From an uncultured Clostridia bacterium (lineage in GTDB: Bacteria > Bacillota > Clostridia > Christensenellales > UBA1242): 64,000 nucleotides of DNA. Below the pieces are notes generated by a model. The model saw only the letters and a program-made list of their open reading frames with translations, made no database searches and was not told where the DNA came from. The DNA is taken from the NCBI GenBank assembly GCA_944383335.1, contig CALWPD010000001.1:1901-65900 (forward strand). The letters are read 5' to 3'. Numbering within the stretch: the first letter of the stretch is position 1; the number at the start of each line of letters is the position of its first letter. Shown in pieces: positions 26,957-36,860 of the stretch. The translations under genes were made by a program, and so were the position numbers.

Positions 26957-27001
26957 CTAGATAAATATTGTTTTATGCAAAAAGATGATGTTAATAAACT
27001 A

Positions 27002-27796
27002 TTATTTTTCCATACCGCCGTCTAATGATACTTTATGACTATTCTTTTTCTCCAATCCAAACTTTTTGTCAAATTGTCTTTTTATCTCACCATTAAGATT
27101 TAATGAAAATAAATTTATGACAGTATTTCTTTTTTCTGGTGATTCTATGGAATTTATATGCTCTTCTAAAATCTCAACACACTTTGACGAAAACTGTTCT
27201 GAATCAAATACAGATGAGTGAATATAAAGAATTGTTTTTGGAGATTGTTTTAAAGTTTTTAATAGTTCCCACTCTTTTGTGTTAAATAGATATTGTGTAT
27301 TTACATCAAGATAATATGTATGATAGTCAGTTTGGTTATAATATGAGCGAAGTTTTAGCATACCCATATCTTCTGCACATTCACCTTCTTCCACAAGTGA
27401 AAACAAATATTTACCACCTTTTACGTTATAAGTATGCCCGTTGTCGTCAACATAAAAAGGGAATGCTTTGCAATTTTCTTTATAAAAAATCTTACCTTTA
27501 TTTTCAAAAAATTTATAGTCTTCTCCGTCAAGAACTTCAACACAAGCACTTCCATCACTTTGAACTTTAACTATTTTGTCTGCACTGCAAAAAATATTGT
27601 TTTTCACAAGCTGAATTGGTTTTAAAAAAATTACAGTATATGATGTTCTTTTATCGACCACAGTGTTGCCATTTGGAAGCTTTAAGGCGTAACCACTGAA
27701 ATTGCCAATCATGGTGTCGCCATGAATAACATCAATCAAATCTTTACTGGTTAAATATTTTGCATTTGCCATTCTTACAATCTTTATTGAATCCAT
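27002..27796 (-). CDS. hypothetical cytoplasmic protein
   Basis: 264-aa ORF with no TM segments and no motif recognised. Confidence 0.45.
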   Translation of the reverse strand: MDSIKIVRMANAKYLTSKDLIDVIHGDTMIGNFSGYALKLPNGNTVVDKRTSYTVIFLKPIQLVKNNIFCSADKIVKVQSDGSACVEVLDGEDYKFFENKGKIFYKENCKAFPFYVDDNGHTYNVKGGKYLFSLVEEGECAEDMGMLKLRSYYNQTDYHTYYLDVNTQYLFNTKEWELLKTLKQSPKTILYIHSSVFDSEQFSSKCVEILEEHINSIESPEKRNTVINLFSLNLNGEIKRQFDKKFGLEKKNSHKVSLDGGMEK

Positions 27797-27885
27797 ACTT
27801 TTCTCCTATTTGCGAGATAAAATATACCATAGAGAATATTAAAAATCAATACAAGTTTTGGAGAAAGTAATTTGAATACCAAATT

Positions 27886-28851
27886 TTAGACAAATTTATA
27901 TATTACATTCAGTATTAAAAATGCAATATAAATAACGTATAGGCACAAAAGTACAATTCCCTGCCAACGATAAGTCCTTTTTTTGAAAAGTATTGGAAGA
28001 ATTAAAATTAATGTAAAAAGTAATGTGAGTGGTAAAGAAACAAAGGCTGTTTCATTGGTAATTGGCATACCATCGTTCCATGCAACCAAGCGTGAAACTC
28101 CCAAAATAAGTGTTAAGTTTAAAATGTTTGAGCCAACCACATTTCCCATCGCAAGGTATGGCGTCTTTTTTTTAAGTGATGTTATGACTGTTACAAGTTC
28201 AGGTAAACTTGTGCCAATAGCAACAACTGTAAGTCCCACAAATTGCTCACTTATTCCAATAACCCTACTAAGATATTCTACCTTATCTACTAAAAGATAT
28301 GCGCCTCCGCCTATTGCTGCCGCACCAAGTACAAACAAAATTATTGCAAGCCAAAGCGGACGCTGAATGTCATCAACTTTGCCTTTGTTATGCGTTTCCA
28401 TATTTTTTGCGTCAATATAATTGAACACAAAAAACAAAATTGTAATTGCGATCATAACCCACGCTTGCCAAATATTAACTTCATCAAAAAAAGCAATAAT
28501 GGTTACAAAAATGGTTGCACAGATCAAGAGATAATATTTGAGTACCCCACCTCCACCGATTTTTGATGGCATAAAACAAATGCCTATTGCCATAACAAGT
28601 CCAATGTTACAAAGTGCCGAGCCAACAGCATTACCCACCGCCAAATCAGTTGTTCCATGCACACTTGAAATTATGCCTATTAAAAGTTCCGAAAAAGTCG
28701 TGGCAAGGCTCATAAATGTTGCACCAAAAATGATTTGTGGTATGTGTGCTTTTTTTGCAAGCACCGCTGATGACGAAACAAAAACATCACCACCCTTAAC
28801 CACTAAAAATAGTGCTACCACTAATAGAACTACTGCGATTGCTATATCCAT
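27886..28851 (-). CDS. Ca2+/Na+ antiporter (CaCA family, YrbG-like)
   Basis: Two alpha-repeat motifs, GNAVGSALCNIGLV and GNVVGSNILNLTLILG, and about 10 TM helices. Confidence 0.85.
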   Translation of the reverse strand: MDIAIAVVLLVVALFLVVKGGDVFVSSSAVLAKKAHIPQIIFGATFMSLATTFSELLIGIISSVHGTTDLAVGNAVGSALCNIGLVMAIGICFMPSKIGGGGVLKYYLLICATIFVTIIAFFDEVNIWQAWVMIAITILFFVFNYIDAKNMETHNKGKVDDIQRPLWLAIILFVLGAAAIGGGAYLLVDKVEYLSRVIGISEQFVGLTVVAIGTSLPELVTVITSLKKKTPYLAMGNVVGSNILNLTLILGVSRLVAWNDGMPITNETAFVSLPLTLLFTLILILPILFKKRTYRWQGIVLLCLYVIYIAFLILNVIYKFV

Positions 28852-28892
28852 ATTACTAGTTTAACACAAAATGCATATGTTATTTATTCATT

Positions 28893-30680
28893 TTATAATT
28901 TTTCAACAAAATTTTTTATTTTTATTGCAAGTGCCGTATCTATACCCTTCACCAAAGACAATTCCTCAATGCTCGCCTTTTTTATTTCATCCACAGAAGA
29001 AAATTGACTAAGTAGTGCCTTTTTTTTAACTTTTCCAAGTCCTTTAATTTCATCAAGTGGTGATTTTATTTCATTTTTTGTTCTAAGATTTCGATGAAAG
29101 GTTATCGCAAAGCGGTGCGCTTCATCGCGAATGCTTTGAAGTACTCTCAATTCACTGCTTCCACGACTTAGCATAACAGGAATATTTTGTCCGACAATAA
29201 ATACTTCTTCAAACTGTTTTGCAAGAGATATTATGTCAATATCTTTTTCAAGTCCAAATTGTTTTAAAACTTCATAAGTTGAACTAAGTTGACCTTTTCC
29301 ACCGTCTATCACCAGTAAATCTGGTTTTTGTGAAAAACTTTCATCTTCACCCGAAAGTTCTTTTAATCTTCTTTTCAAAACCTGTTTTAAACTTTCAAAA
29401 TCATCAACCTTGTTGAGCCCTTGAATTTTAAACTTTCTATACATCTTCTTGGCTGATCTACCCGCAACGAACACCACCATTGACGCAACTTGATTTGTCC
29501 CACTTATGTGCGAAATATCATAACACTCCATCCGATTTGGAACGTTTTTTAGATTTAGTTTTTGTTTTAATTTTTCAAGTGCACCTATGGTTTTGTCGTA
29601 CTCAATATCCTCGCTATACTGTACTTTCTCAAGATGCTCTTTTGCATTTAGTGTTGCCATGTCCACAAGACGTTTTTTTTGTGCCTTTTGTGGTACTTCT
29701 ATTTTTGCCGTCAAGTCCATATGTCCGCTAACTGGCATATTTAACAAAACTTCTTTGGGTTGAAGGTGGCAAGAATAATATTGCATCAAAAAACTTTCCA
29801 TAGTTTCGCTTTCGACAAGTGAAGCATCACGCACGCTTTGAGTGCTGACTCCAAGCACTTTACCGTGCCTAATAGTCATTACACAAATTGCCCCTATAAC
29901 TCCATTGTTAACATAACTTATGACATCAACAATGTAATCGTTTGGAACATCAGCAACAACTTTCTCTTTAAGTGCACGCACCATTTTTATCATATCCCGA
30001 ATTTCAAGTGCACGCTCAAAATTTTCATGAGAGGAAGCAATCTCCATTTTTTTTTGTAATATTTCTTCAATTTCATTGTCATTGCCACGCAGAAAATCCA
30101 TTGCTTTTTGAACAATTTTTTTGTAATCCTTTGAAGAAATTAAATGCGCACATGGTGCACTACAAAGCCCAAGTGAATAGTTTAAACATGGGCGTTTGGG
30201 AGTCTTTGTCAATTTTTGCTTACAAGTTCTAAGTGGATATGCCATATTGACTATTTTTATGAGTTTATAAGGACTTATGGCCGAAATGTATGGACCAAAG
30301 TATTTTGCCCCATCTTTTTTGACTTTTCGCACCACTTCCATTCGTGGATATTCATCCTTTAATGTAACACGAATATATGGATAGGCCTTATCATCTTTTA
30401 ACAATATATTATAAAAAGGTTTGTATTTTTTTATCAAATTGTTTTCAAGTGCAAATGCATCACGCTCAGAAAGTGTGATGAAATATTCAAAATATTCCAC
30501 ATTGTGCACCATTGCCATAACCTTTGCTGGCTTTGGAGTGTTGTTGAAGTACTGGCTGACTCTGTTTTTTAAATTTTTTGCTTTTCCAACATATATCACA
30601 GCACCGCTTTTTGAGTGCATAACGTATACGCCAGGCTGCGTGGTTAAATTCTTTAATTTTTGTTTTATATTATCGTTCAT
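28893..30680 (-). CDS. uvrC: excinuclease ABC subunit C
   Basis: GIY-YIG N-terminus (GVYVMHSKSGAVIYVGKAKNLKNRVSQYF), UvrC Cys-rich region and C-terminal (HhH)2. 595 aa. Confidence 0.95.
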   Translation of the reverse strand: MNDNIKQKLKNLTTQPGVYVMHSKSGAVIYVGKAKNLKNRVSQYFNNTPKPAKVMAMVHNVEYFEYFITLSERDAFALENNLIKKYKPFYNILLKDDKAYPYIRVTLKDEYPRMEVVRKVKKDGAKYFGPYISAISPYKLIKIVNMAYPLRTCKQKLTKTPKRPCLNYSLGLCSAPCAHLISSKDYKKIVQKAMDFLRGNDNEIEEILQKKMEIASSHENFERALEIRDMIKMVRALKEKVVADVPNDYIVDVISYVNNGVIGAICVMTIRHGKVLGVSTQSVRDASLVESETMESFLMQYYSCHLQPKEVLLNMPVSGHMDLTAKIEVPQKAQKKRLVDMATLNAKEHLEKVQYSEDIEYDKTIGALEKLKQKLNLKNVPNRMECYDISHISGTNQVASMVVFVAGRSAKKMYRKFKIQGLNKVDDFESLKQVLKRRLKELSGEDESFSQKPDLLVIDGGKGQLSSTYEVLKQFGLEKDIDIISLAKQFEEVFIVGQNIPVMLSRGSSELRVLQSIRDEAHRFAITFHRNLRTKNEIKSPLDEIKGLGKVKKKALLSQFSSVDEIKKASIEELSLVKGIDTALAIKIKNFVEKL

Positions 30681-32274
30681 ATAATATTTTTTTTATATTC
30701 TCCAAAATCTTATTGGCATTTTCGTCTGCTCTTACACTGTTATCATCCCTATAAAATAAATAAATTTTGAGTTTTGGTTCTGTTCCACTTGGGCGAACTA
30801 TGAAACGAAGCTTTCCGGCACGGTATTCAATAAAGTTTTGTTTATCAAGACCAGTTTCATCGTTTAAATAGTCCACTGTGCTTTCGATTTTATAGTCCAA
30901 AATATGCTTTATGGGTTTATTTCTAAGACTTTCAACCACATTATTCATGCGTCTTAAACTGTCCGTGCCTTCAAACGTAATACTGTCTCCAAGTGTACAA
31001 ATATAGCCATAAGCATGGTAAATTTTTTTAAGATATTCATCAAGTGAACTATTGTGGTCTTTTAGCCATTGAGCGATTTTGCATATAAGTAATGATGCCA
31101 CTATCGCTTCTTTGTCATAGGTATTTTTTTTCACAATATATCCGCAGCTCTCTTCAAAAATAAGCAATGGCTCTTTTCCGTTTTGTTTTTCAAAATGGGC
31201 TTTTTCGCCAAGACTTTTAAAGCCTGTTAATGTTTTGTACAATGTAACGTTATTATTTTTGCAAATACTTTCCACAAGCGGACTTGAAACCACACTTGTT
31301 ACTACAAAGCTGTTTTCTTGTTTGTAATTTTCAATAAGGTATTGCAAAAAAATATAACCAACTTCATTGCCTGAAAGCTTTTTGTAAGTATGCCCTGTTT
31401 TTATCATTACACCAAGTCTATCAGCATCGGGATCGGTTGCAACAATTAAATCTGCATCAATTTTTTTAGCAAGTTTTACGCTCTCTTTAAATGCGTCAAT
31501 AAATTCAGGATTTGGATACGGACAAGTTGTAAAATTTGGATCAGGATTTTTTTGACAGTGCGGAATGTGATATTTAAATTTATTTGTTTTTAAAATTTTT
31601 GTAACAGCACGAAATCCTGTACCATTGAGTGGAGTGTAGACAATTTTGAGCGACTTTTTGGTGATATCTGTATCACCTTCAAGATACGCATCTAAAACTT
31701 CATCACCCAAAACTTTGATGTTGCGTGGTTTTAATTTGTATGTGCTATTATATACTTCCACTTCATCTATTTCATTAAATATTTTGGATATTTGTTTTTG
31801 TGCATCGCTATCAATTTGAATGCCTACCTCATTTATAATCTTTATGCCATTAAACTCTCGCCTATTATGGCTGGCTGTTATCATTATACCAATGTCTGCC
31901 TTTTTGTACCTTGTGGCAAAAACACAAAGTGGCGTTGGAGCAAATTTTTTAAAAACATAAACGAGAATACTATTGTTTGAAAGTATGCGAGAAAAAATTT
32001 GCGCAAATTTCTTTGAGTTATGCCTTGTATCATAACATACCACTGCCGTGGTCTTGTTGTTTGCGAGCATATATTTTGCCGTTGCATAGGCAAGACGACT
32101 TACAGTAACTTCGTTTATTCCTCCACTGCCCAAAATCATTTTTCCACGCATACCGGCCGTTCCAAAATCGAGTATGGTCTTAAAATTTTGATCCCTTTGT
32201 TCATTTGTTAAAAGTTTTAAACGCTTTTGCAGTTTTTTATCTTTTATCTTATTCCATGTATTGAAATCACTCAT
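30670..32274 (-). CDS. phosphoglucomutase/phosphomannomutase-family phosphosugar mutase
   Basis: GTAGMRG, the active-site loop TASHNRREFNGIK and the metal loop DPDADR. Confidence 0.85.
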   Translation of the reverse strand: MSDFNTWNKIKDKKLQKRLKLLTNEQRDQNFKTILDFGTAGMRGKMILGSGGINEVTVSRLAYATAKYMLANNKTTAVVCYDTRHNSKKFAQIFSRILSNNSILVYVFKKFAPTPLCVFATRYKKADIGIMITASHNRREFNGIKIINEVGIQIDSDAQKQISKIFNEIDEVEVYNSTYKLKPRNIKVLGDEVLDAYLEGDTDITKKSLKIVYTPLNGTGFRAVTKILKTNKFKYHIPHCQKNPDPNFTTCPYPNPEFIDAFKESVKLAKKIDADLIVATDPDADRLGVMIKTGHTYKKLSGNEVGYIFLQYLIENYKQENSFVVTSVVSSPLVESICKNNNVTLYKTLTGFKSLGEKAHFEKQNGKEPLLIFEESCGYIVKKNTYDKEAIVASLLICKIAQWLKDHNSSLDEYLKKIYHAYGYICTLGDSITFEGTDSLRRMNNVVESLRNKPIKHILDYKIESTVDYLNDETGLDKQNFIEYRAGKLRFIVRPSGTEPKLKIYLFYRDDNSVRADENANKILENIKKILYER

Positions 32275-33554
32275 ACTTCTCCTTCATCTACATCTAAAGA
32301 TTTTGTATCATCAATTTGTATTGAAGCGTCATCAAGTGTAGCAACATCTTTAAGTTTCCTTTCAATCGTACGAGATTTTTTGGTTGCAAATTCAATAGTA
32401 CTTGATGCTTCATCTAGTTTTTTCTGAGTTTTTGCCAAAAGATCAACAAACTTAGAAAATTCACGCTTGAACACGCCAAGCAAATTCCAAACTTCGCTGG
32501 AACGCTTCTCTATAGACAAACTCTTGAAACCGAGCTGCAAGCTGTTGAGTAGTGCCGAGAGTGTGGTCGGACCGCAAACGACAATCTTGTATTGTTGTTG
32601 AAGAGTCTCCGTAAGACCTGGAATTCTAAGTACTTCGGCATAAAGTCCCTCGATTGGCAAATACAAAACGGCAAAATCTGTCGTCTTTGGCACAAAAATA
32701 TATTTTTCATTTATGCGTTTTGCTTCTTCCTTAACGCGCCTTTCAATATTTTTTACTTGAAGGTCAATATCTTCCTTAGAGCCATTTTCACTAACTTCGA
32801 CAAGTCGCTGATAGTCTTCAAGTGGAAATTTGGCATCTATTGGCAAATACACTTCACTGCTATCATCTTTTCCTGGCATACGAACCACGAAGTCCACACG
32901 CTCAGAATTTTTTGGATTTATGTTGACTTGCGAATAATATTGCTCAGAAGTTAAAATTTGTTCCAAAAGTGAACCAAGCTGAACTTCGCCCCAAGTGCCA
33001 CGAGTTTTAACATTTGTCAACACTTTTTTTAGGTCTCCCACGCCACTTGCGAGTTGCTTCATAACTCCAATACCTTCATACACAGACTGCAATCTTTCGT
33101 TTATTATGTTAAAAGATTGGCTAAGTCGATTTTCCAAACTAACATTAAGTTTTTCATCAACGGTTTGACGCATTTGTTCAAGTTTTTTTTCATTTTCTTG
33201 CTGAATTCTTAGAAGACCTTCGGTTAATTGAGTTGTGGCGTTTCGCATGCTTTGTTCCACTCCGTTTACAAGTGTTTGGACCTGAGCTCGGATATCTTCA
33301 AGTTTTTGGTTTTGAAGCATATCGTTTTGTGAAACAGTGTTGACAAGTGTATTTGAAATTTGTGTAATATTTTGCGAAAAGTTATTAGCAAGCATATCCA
33401 TTTTTTCATTTTGAACTTTTTCCAAAATTTTTATTTCATCGGCTATTTTTTGAGTATCTATGTTTTGTTGCGATTTTGTTTTTTTAATTAAAATTAATAT
33501 CAAGAAAACAATACACAAAATACTCAGCACCAAACTAATTATTTGTAATATCAT
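32271..33554 (-). CDS. rmuC: DNA recombination protein RmuC
   Basis: N-terminal TM helix, a long coiled coil and a C-terminal RmuC nuclease-like region (VDFVVRMPG...LPIDAKFPLEDY). Confidence 0.8.
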   Translation of the reverse strand: MILQIISLVLSILCIVFLILILIKKTKSQQNIDTQKIADEIKILEKVQNEKMDMLANNFSQNITQISNTLVNTVSQNDMLQNQKLEDIRAQVQTLVNGVEQSMRNATTQLTEGLLRIQQENEKKLEQMRQTVDEKLNVSLENRLSQSFNIINERLQSVYEGIGVMKQLASGVGDLKKVLTNVKTRGTWGEVQLGSLLEQILTSEQYYSQVNINPKNSERVDFVVRMPGKDDSSEVYLPIDAKFPLEDYQRLVEVSENGSKEDIDLQVKNIERRVKEEAKRINEKYIFVPKTTDFAVLYLPIEGLYAEVLRIPGLTETLQQQYKIVVCGPTTLSALLNSLQLGFKSLSIEKRSSEVWNLLGVFKREFSKFVDLLAKTQKKLDEASSTIEFATKKSRTIERKLKDVATLDDASIQIDDTKSLDVDEGEV

Positions 33555-34797
33555 AATTTTTTATCTCCAAAATAAGTTCATCTTTTTCATTTTTAATTTC
33601 ACCATCAAAAACTTTTAAAAGCAAATTATGTAAAATTTCATCATAATATTTGCCATCTATTTTTGGAATATATTTTTTAATATCAAAAGCACTTATTTTT
33701 AAATCTTTTATACGTATTGGAATATGATAATTTGTGATATATCTATAGAAAAAATTATATTTATTAAACAAAAATATACTGTCTTTTGCCAGTAGTTTTC
33801 CTATGCTTTCAAAATTATCATAATATTTTATAAAATATTCTTTATTTGACAATCTATTTTTCGCATCGAAATAGCCACATACCACATTAATTAAATATTC
33901 TTTTGTTTTTAAAGAAAAATTAAATCCCTTTTGTCCCAGCATATATTCAAGATAATATTCCACACAGTCGGGATCTATGGCATTTATCATATCTACTAAA
34001 AGCGCTTCAAGTCTAAGGGTTTGAACTTTTTTGGAAAGTTTAAGTTTAATTTTTGGAACTGTGCAATAAAGTGCCGTAAAAGCATTGAGATAATTTAATA
34101 ATTTTAATGCCCTTATATGTGAACGTTTTTTTGAAATACTATATTTTTTATCACAAATTAATATTTTATTTAGTTCTTCCTGTTTTCTTGTGCCTGAGAC
34201 ATCTTTTATTCTATAAGACATTTTCTTCGCTATTTTATATGTATTTTTCTCAATTTTAAAACCCAGTTCTGATGCTATTCTAATCATACGAAGAATTCTT
34301 AATCCATCACATGAAAAAACGAATTCTGGAGTTTCTATTGTTCTTATTCTCTTATATCTTAAATCATAAAGTCCAGAATATATATCTATTATTTTTTTTC
34401 GTGTAATACTAAAATAAATACAGTTTATTGTGAAATCACGCCTTTTGGCATCTTGACGAAGATCATCAACAAAATTGACAGAATTTGGTGTGTGTTTTCC
34501 TGTTCCATCATATATTTCAGTACGAAAAGTGGTATGTTCATACACTTCATTTCCAATGCATATATCAACTGTACCAAGTCGTATATTTTTTGGTTTAACC
34601 TTGTACTGTGTGCCTTCTAAAAGCTCCATAATCTCTGTGGGTGTTAATTTGCTGGCGATATCAATATCAGTTCCACCTATTCCAAGAAGACTGTTTCTGA
34701 CAAAGCCTCCAACAATAAATAACTCTGCCTTTTTCTTTAACTTTTGTGCCAGTTTTTCAAGATTTTCTGGAACAATTATATCTTTAAACTGTTTCAT
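33535..34797 (-). CDS. cca: CCA-adding enzyme / poly(A) polymerase-family tRNA nucleotidyltransferase
   Basis: LFIVGGFVRNSLLGIGGTDIDIAS and RRDFTINCIYF motifs. The track start is a TTG at 34818; ATG 34797 is preferred. Confidence 0.75.
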   Translation of the reverse strand: MKQFKDIIVPENLEKLAQKLKKKAELFIVGGFVRNSLLGIGGTDIDIASKLTPTEIMELLEGTQYKVKPKNIRLGTVDICIGNEVYEHTTFRTEIYDGTGKHTPNSVNFVDDLRQDAKRRDFTINCIYFSITRKKIIDIYSGLYDLRYKRIRTIETPEFVFSCDGLRILRMIRIASELGFKIEKNTYKIAKKMSYRIKDVSGTRKQEELNKILICDKKYSISKKRSHIRALKLLNYLNAFTALYCTVPKIKLKLSKKVQTLRLEALLVDMINAIDPDCVEYYLEYMLGQKGFNFSLKTKEYLINVVCGYFDAKNRLSNKEYFIKYYDNFESIGKLLAKDSIFLFNKYNFFYRYITNYHIPIRIKDLKISAFDIKKYIPKIDGKYYDEILHNLLLKVFDGEIKNEKDELILEIKNYDITNN

Positions 34798-34847
34798 AAT
34801 TTTAAGTATAACACACAAAGCACATTTTGAAAATATTTTTTAATCTG

Positions 34848-36344
34848 TTATTTATTATTTTTTTTATTCTTTTGCTTACTAAGAAGTTGTTGTTTTAAGA
34901 TATCACTTCGTTTTAAATTATATCTGGAAATTATTGCCATAGCGATAGAAATTGATATGGCACAACCACCAAACACAATTAGGCCCAAATAATTTTGCAC
35001 TTTAAGTGCCTGAACAGGTTGAGATGCATCAAACTTGATTAAGTCAAGTAGTACACCAATCAAAAGCAATGCCAGCGAGTTAGCTACATTATATGCAAAA
35101 GTCATGTATCCTGAATATGTTGCACTATTGTTTTCTCCCGTTTTTAGTTTGTCCATTGTAACATTGTCGGCAAACATACTCATGGGCAAACTATACAGTG
35201 CACCTGAACCAAACCCACAAACAAAAATGCATAACAGTATAACATAAAAACAAATTTTTGCACCAATACTCTCACGAAAAACAAACACCCAAAATGTCAA
35301 AAAAATTCCTATCAAAATGACAAAATATGACCATCTTAGCGTTGGTTTTTTGTCTATTCTACGAGATAGATATATCCAAAAAGGTTGACTAAGTATGGCG
35401 CCTAAAAAAAGTCCCGCCATGATTATTGGTATTTGTGTGGAATTAAAGTGAAAACAATAAGTAAAGATATGCATTCCAACCGATGTCAAAAAAGCGGTTG
35501 AAATAAGTGCTACAGAATAAGAAATTATAATTGCACCATAATTTCTTTGTTTTAGCACTAAAAAGAAATTGTAAAATATTTTAAAAAAAGCATTTTTTTC
35601 TTTTTTCTTTGATTCTTTATAATGCACAGACCTTGCTCTTTTGAATGTACCAACAACTGCGATAAGTCCAGAAACTAAACTTATGGCACTTGTGGTATAG
35701 GCTATGTAAATATATCCACTTTGTGCAAGTTGTCCTTGTTCTCCACCGGGCATAAAAATCATCATGAGAACACTAGGAAGCACCATACCCAAAATAAAAA
35801 ATACAGTTTTGTAACCTTGCAACGTGCTTTGCTCGTTATAACCCGGTGCAATATCTATGCCAAGTGCGACATAAGGTGTCGCAAAACAGGTGTTGGCCGT
35901 TTCAAGCGCAAGAAGCATAATCACTAACCAAAAAAACTTTGCAATTTCACTCAATGAACTTGGTACGCTCCAAAGTAATACATTAAAAACAACTATTCCA
36001 AGTGTACCAAAAAACAGATATCCAAGTCGCCTACCCCAAAATTTTGAATGAGTTATATCACTTAAGTATCCAATTATCGGATCGCTTAGTCCATCCCAAA
36101 ATGCCGAAAGTGCAACACATAGTCCCACCAGTGAGCCCCGAATTCCAAGCACGCTTGTACCAAAAAACATCATAAAAGTTGTCATAGCTTGCGAAACAAC
36201 GCCATAACCTAAATTCCCTATTGCGTAGCAAAGTTTGGTGCCTGTACTTAATTTTTTCACTAAATTATTGTATGCAATATGGCATTTTTTTATTTTATTT
36301 TTCTCATCATACCGTCGCTCTGAGAATTGCCTACCTGACAGCAT
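34848..36344 (-). CDS. MFS transporter, glycoside-pentoside-hexuronide (GPH) type
   Basis: 12-TM profile with a KLCYAIGNLGYG N-terminal motif. The start is ambiguous. ATG 36344 lies 5 nt from repeat module M1. An alternative GTG at 36260 gives a typical MKKLSTGTKLCYAIGN N-terminus. Confidence 0.8.
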   Translation of the reverse strand: MLSGRQFSERRYDEKNKIKKCHIAYNNLVKKLSTGTKLCYAIGNLGYGVVSQAMTTFMMFFGTSVLGIRGSLVGLCVALSAFWDGLSDPIIGYLSDITHSKFWGRRLGYLFFGTLGIVVFNVLLWSVPSSLSEIAKFFWLVIMLLALETANTCFATPYVALGIDIAPGYNEQSTLQGYKTVFFILGMVLPSVLMMIFMPGGEQGQLAQSGYIYIAYTTSAISLVSGLIAVVGTFKRARSVHYKESKKKEKNAFFKIFYNFFLVLKQRNYGAIIISYSVALISTAFLTSVGMHIFTYCFHFNSTQIPIIMAGLFLGAILSQPFWIYLSRRIDKKPTLRWSYFVILIGIFLTFWVFVFRESIGAKICFYVILLCIFVCGFGSGALYSLPMSMFADNVTMDKLKTGENNSATYSGYMTFAYNVANSLALLLIGVLLDLIKFDASQPVQALKVQNYLGLIVFGGCAISISIAMAIISRYNLKRSDILKQQLLSKQKNKKNNK

Positions 36345-36348
36345 TTCC

Positions 36349-36435
36349 TTGTCATCCTGAGAACTGCACCCCTGACGGATAGACGAAGTATCTCATCTGC
36401 TTTCTTACCCAGACTGACAAAAAGCAAGCAAGACG
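36349..36435 (+). repeat. mosaic repeat module M1, copy C
   Basis: 77/87 identity to 22569..22655. Begins with gtcatcctgag, the inverse of the ctcagaatgac word at the other end of this locus. Confidence 0.85.
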
Positions 36436-36519
36436 AGGCTCGGCGTCGTCGAGACTGTCGCTTTGGGCTTCAATTTGCTATTCGCAAATTTTTGCTTTTC
36501 GCTCCGTTTCTCCTCTCCC

Positions 36520-36552
36520 CAAAAAGTTTCCGTAGGTACTTTTTGGGGGCCC
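36520..36552 (+). repeat. perfect 11-bp-stem hairpin ccccaaaaagt/actttttgggg
   Basis: The exact inverted repeat is separated by 10 nt. The right arm (actttttgggg) also occurs alone at 25435..25446. Confidence 0.8.
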
Positions 36553-36625
36553 CGACACCCACGCAGGAGTTTAGTCCACTAAATGACTGTGTGGCTTGGC
36601 ACGCTAGAAACAAAGTATTACGACG
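36537..36625 (+). repeat. hairpin-core repeat module M2, copy C (core 36558..36594)
   Basis: cccacgcaggagtttagtccactaaatgactgtgtgg followed by gaaacaaagtatt, as in locus A. Confidence 0.85.
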
Positions 36626-36659
36626 CTTTTTGTCTGTCTGGGAGATTTTTCGCTAACGC

Positions 36660-36751
36660 TCAGAATGCTAATAAAACTCAGAATGCTAATAAAACTCAGA
36701 ATGACTAATAAAACTCAGAATGACTAATAAAACTCATCATAACTAAAAAAG
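36660..36751 (+). repeat. 18-19-bp tandem repeat ctcagaatg(a)ctaataaaa x4 plus one degenerate unit
   Basis: Units at 36660, 36678, 36696 and 36715, with a degenerate unit at 36734. A partial extra copy (aatgactaataaaa) lies at 36790. Confidence 0.85.
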
Positions 36752-36816
36752 TCCACATGGCCCAAAAAATCTGCATAACCAAAAGGCTCTAAATGACTAA
36801 TAAAAACTAAAAAAAC

Positions 36817-36848
36817 ATAAAAAAACTAATGCTAAAGTCAAGCATTAG
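36817..36848 (-). terminator. intrinsic terminator after the 853-aa lipoprotein gene
   Basis: The minus strand reads ctaatgct-tgacttt-agcattag followed by TTTTTTT. Confidence 0.7.
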
Positions 36849-36860
36849 TTTTTGTATTTA

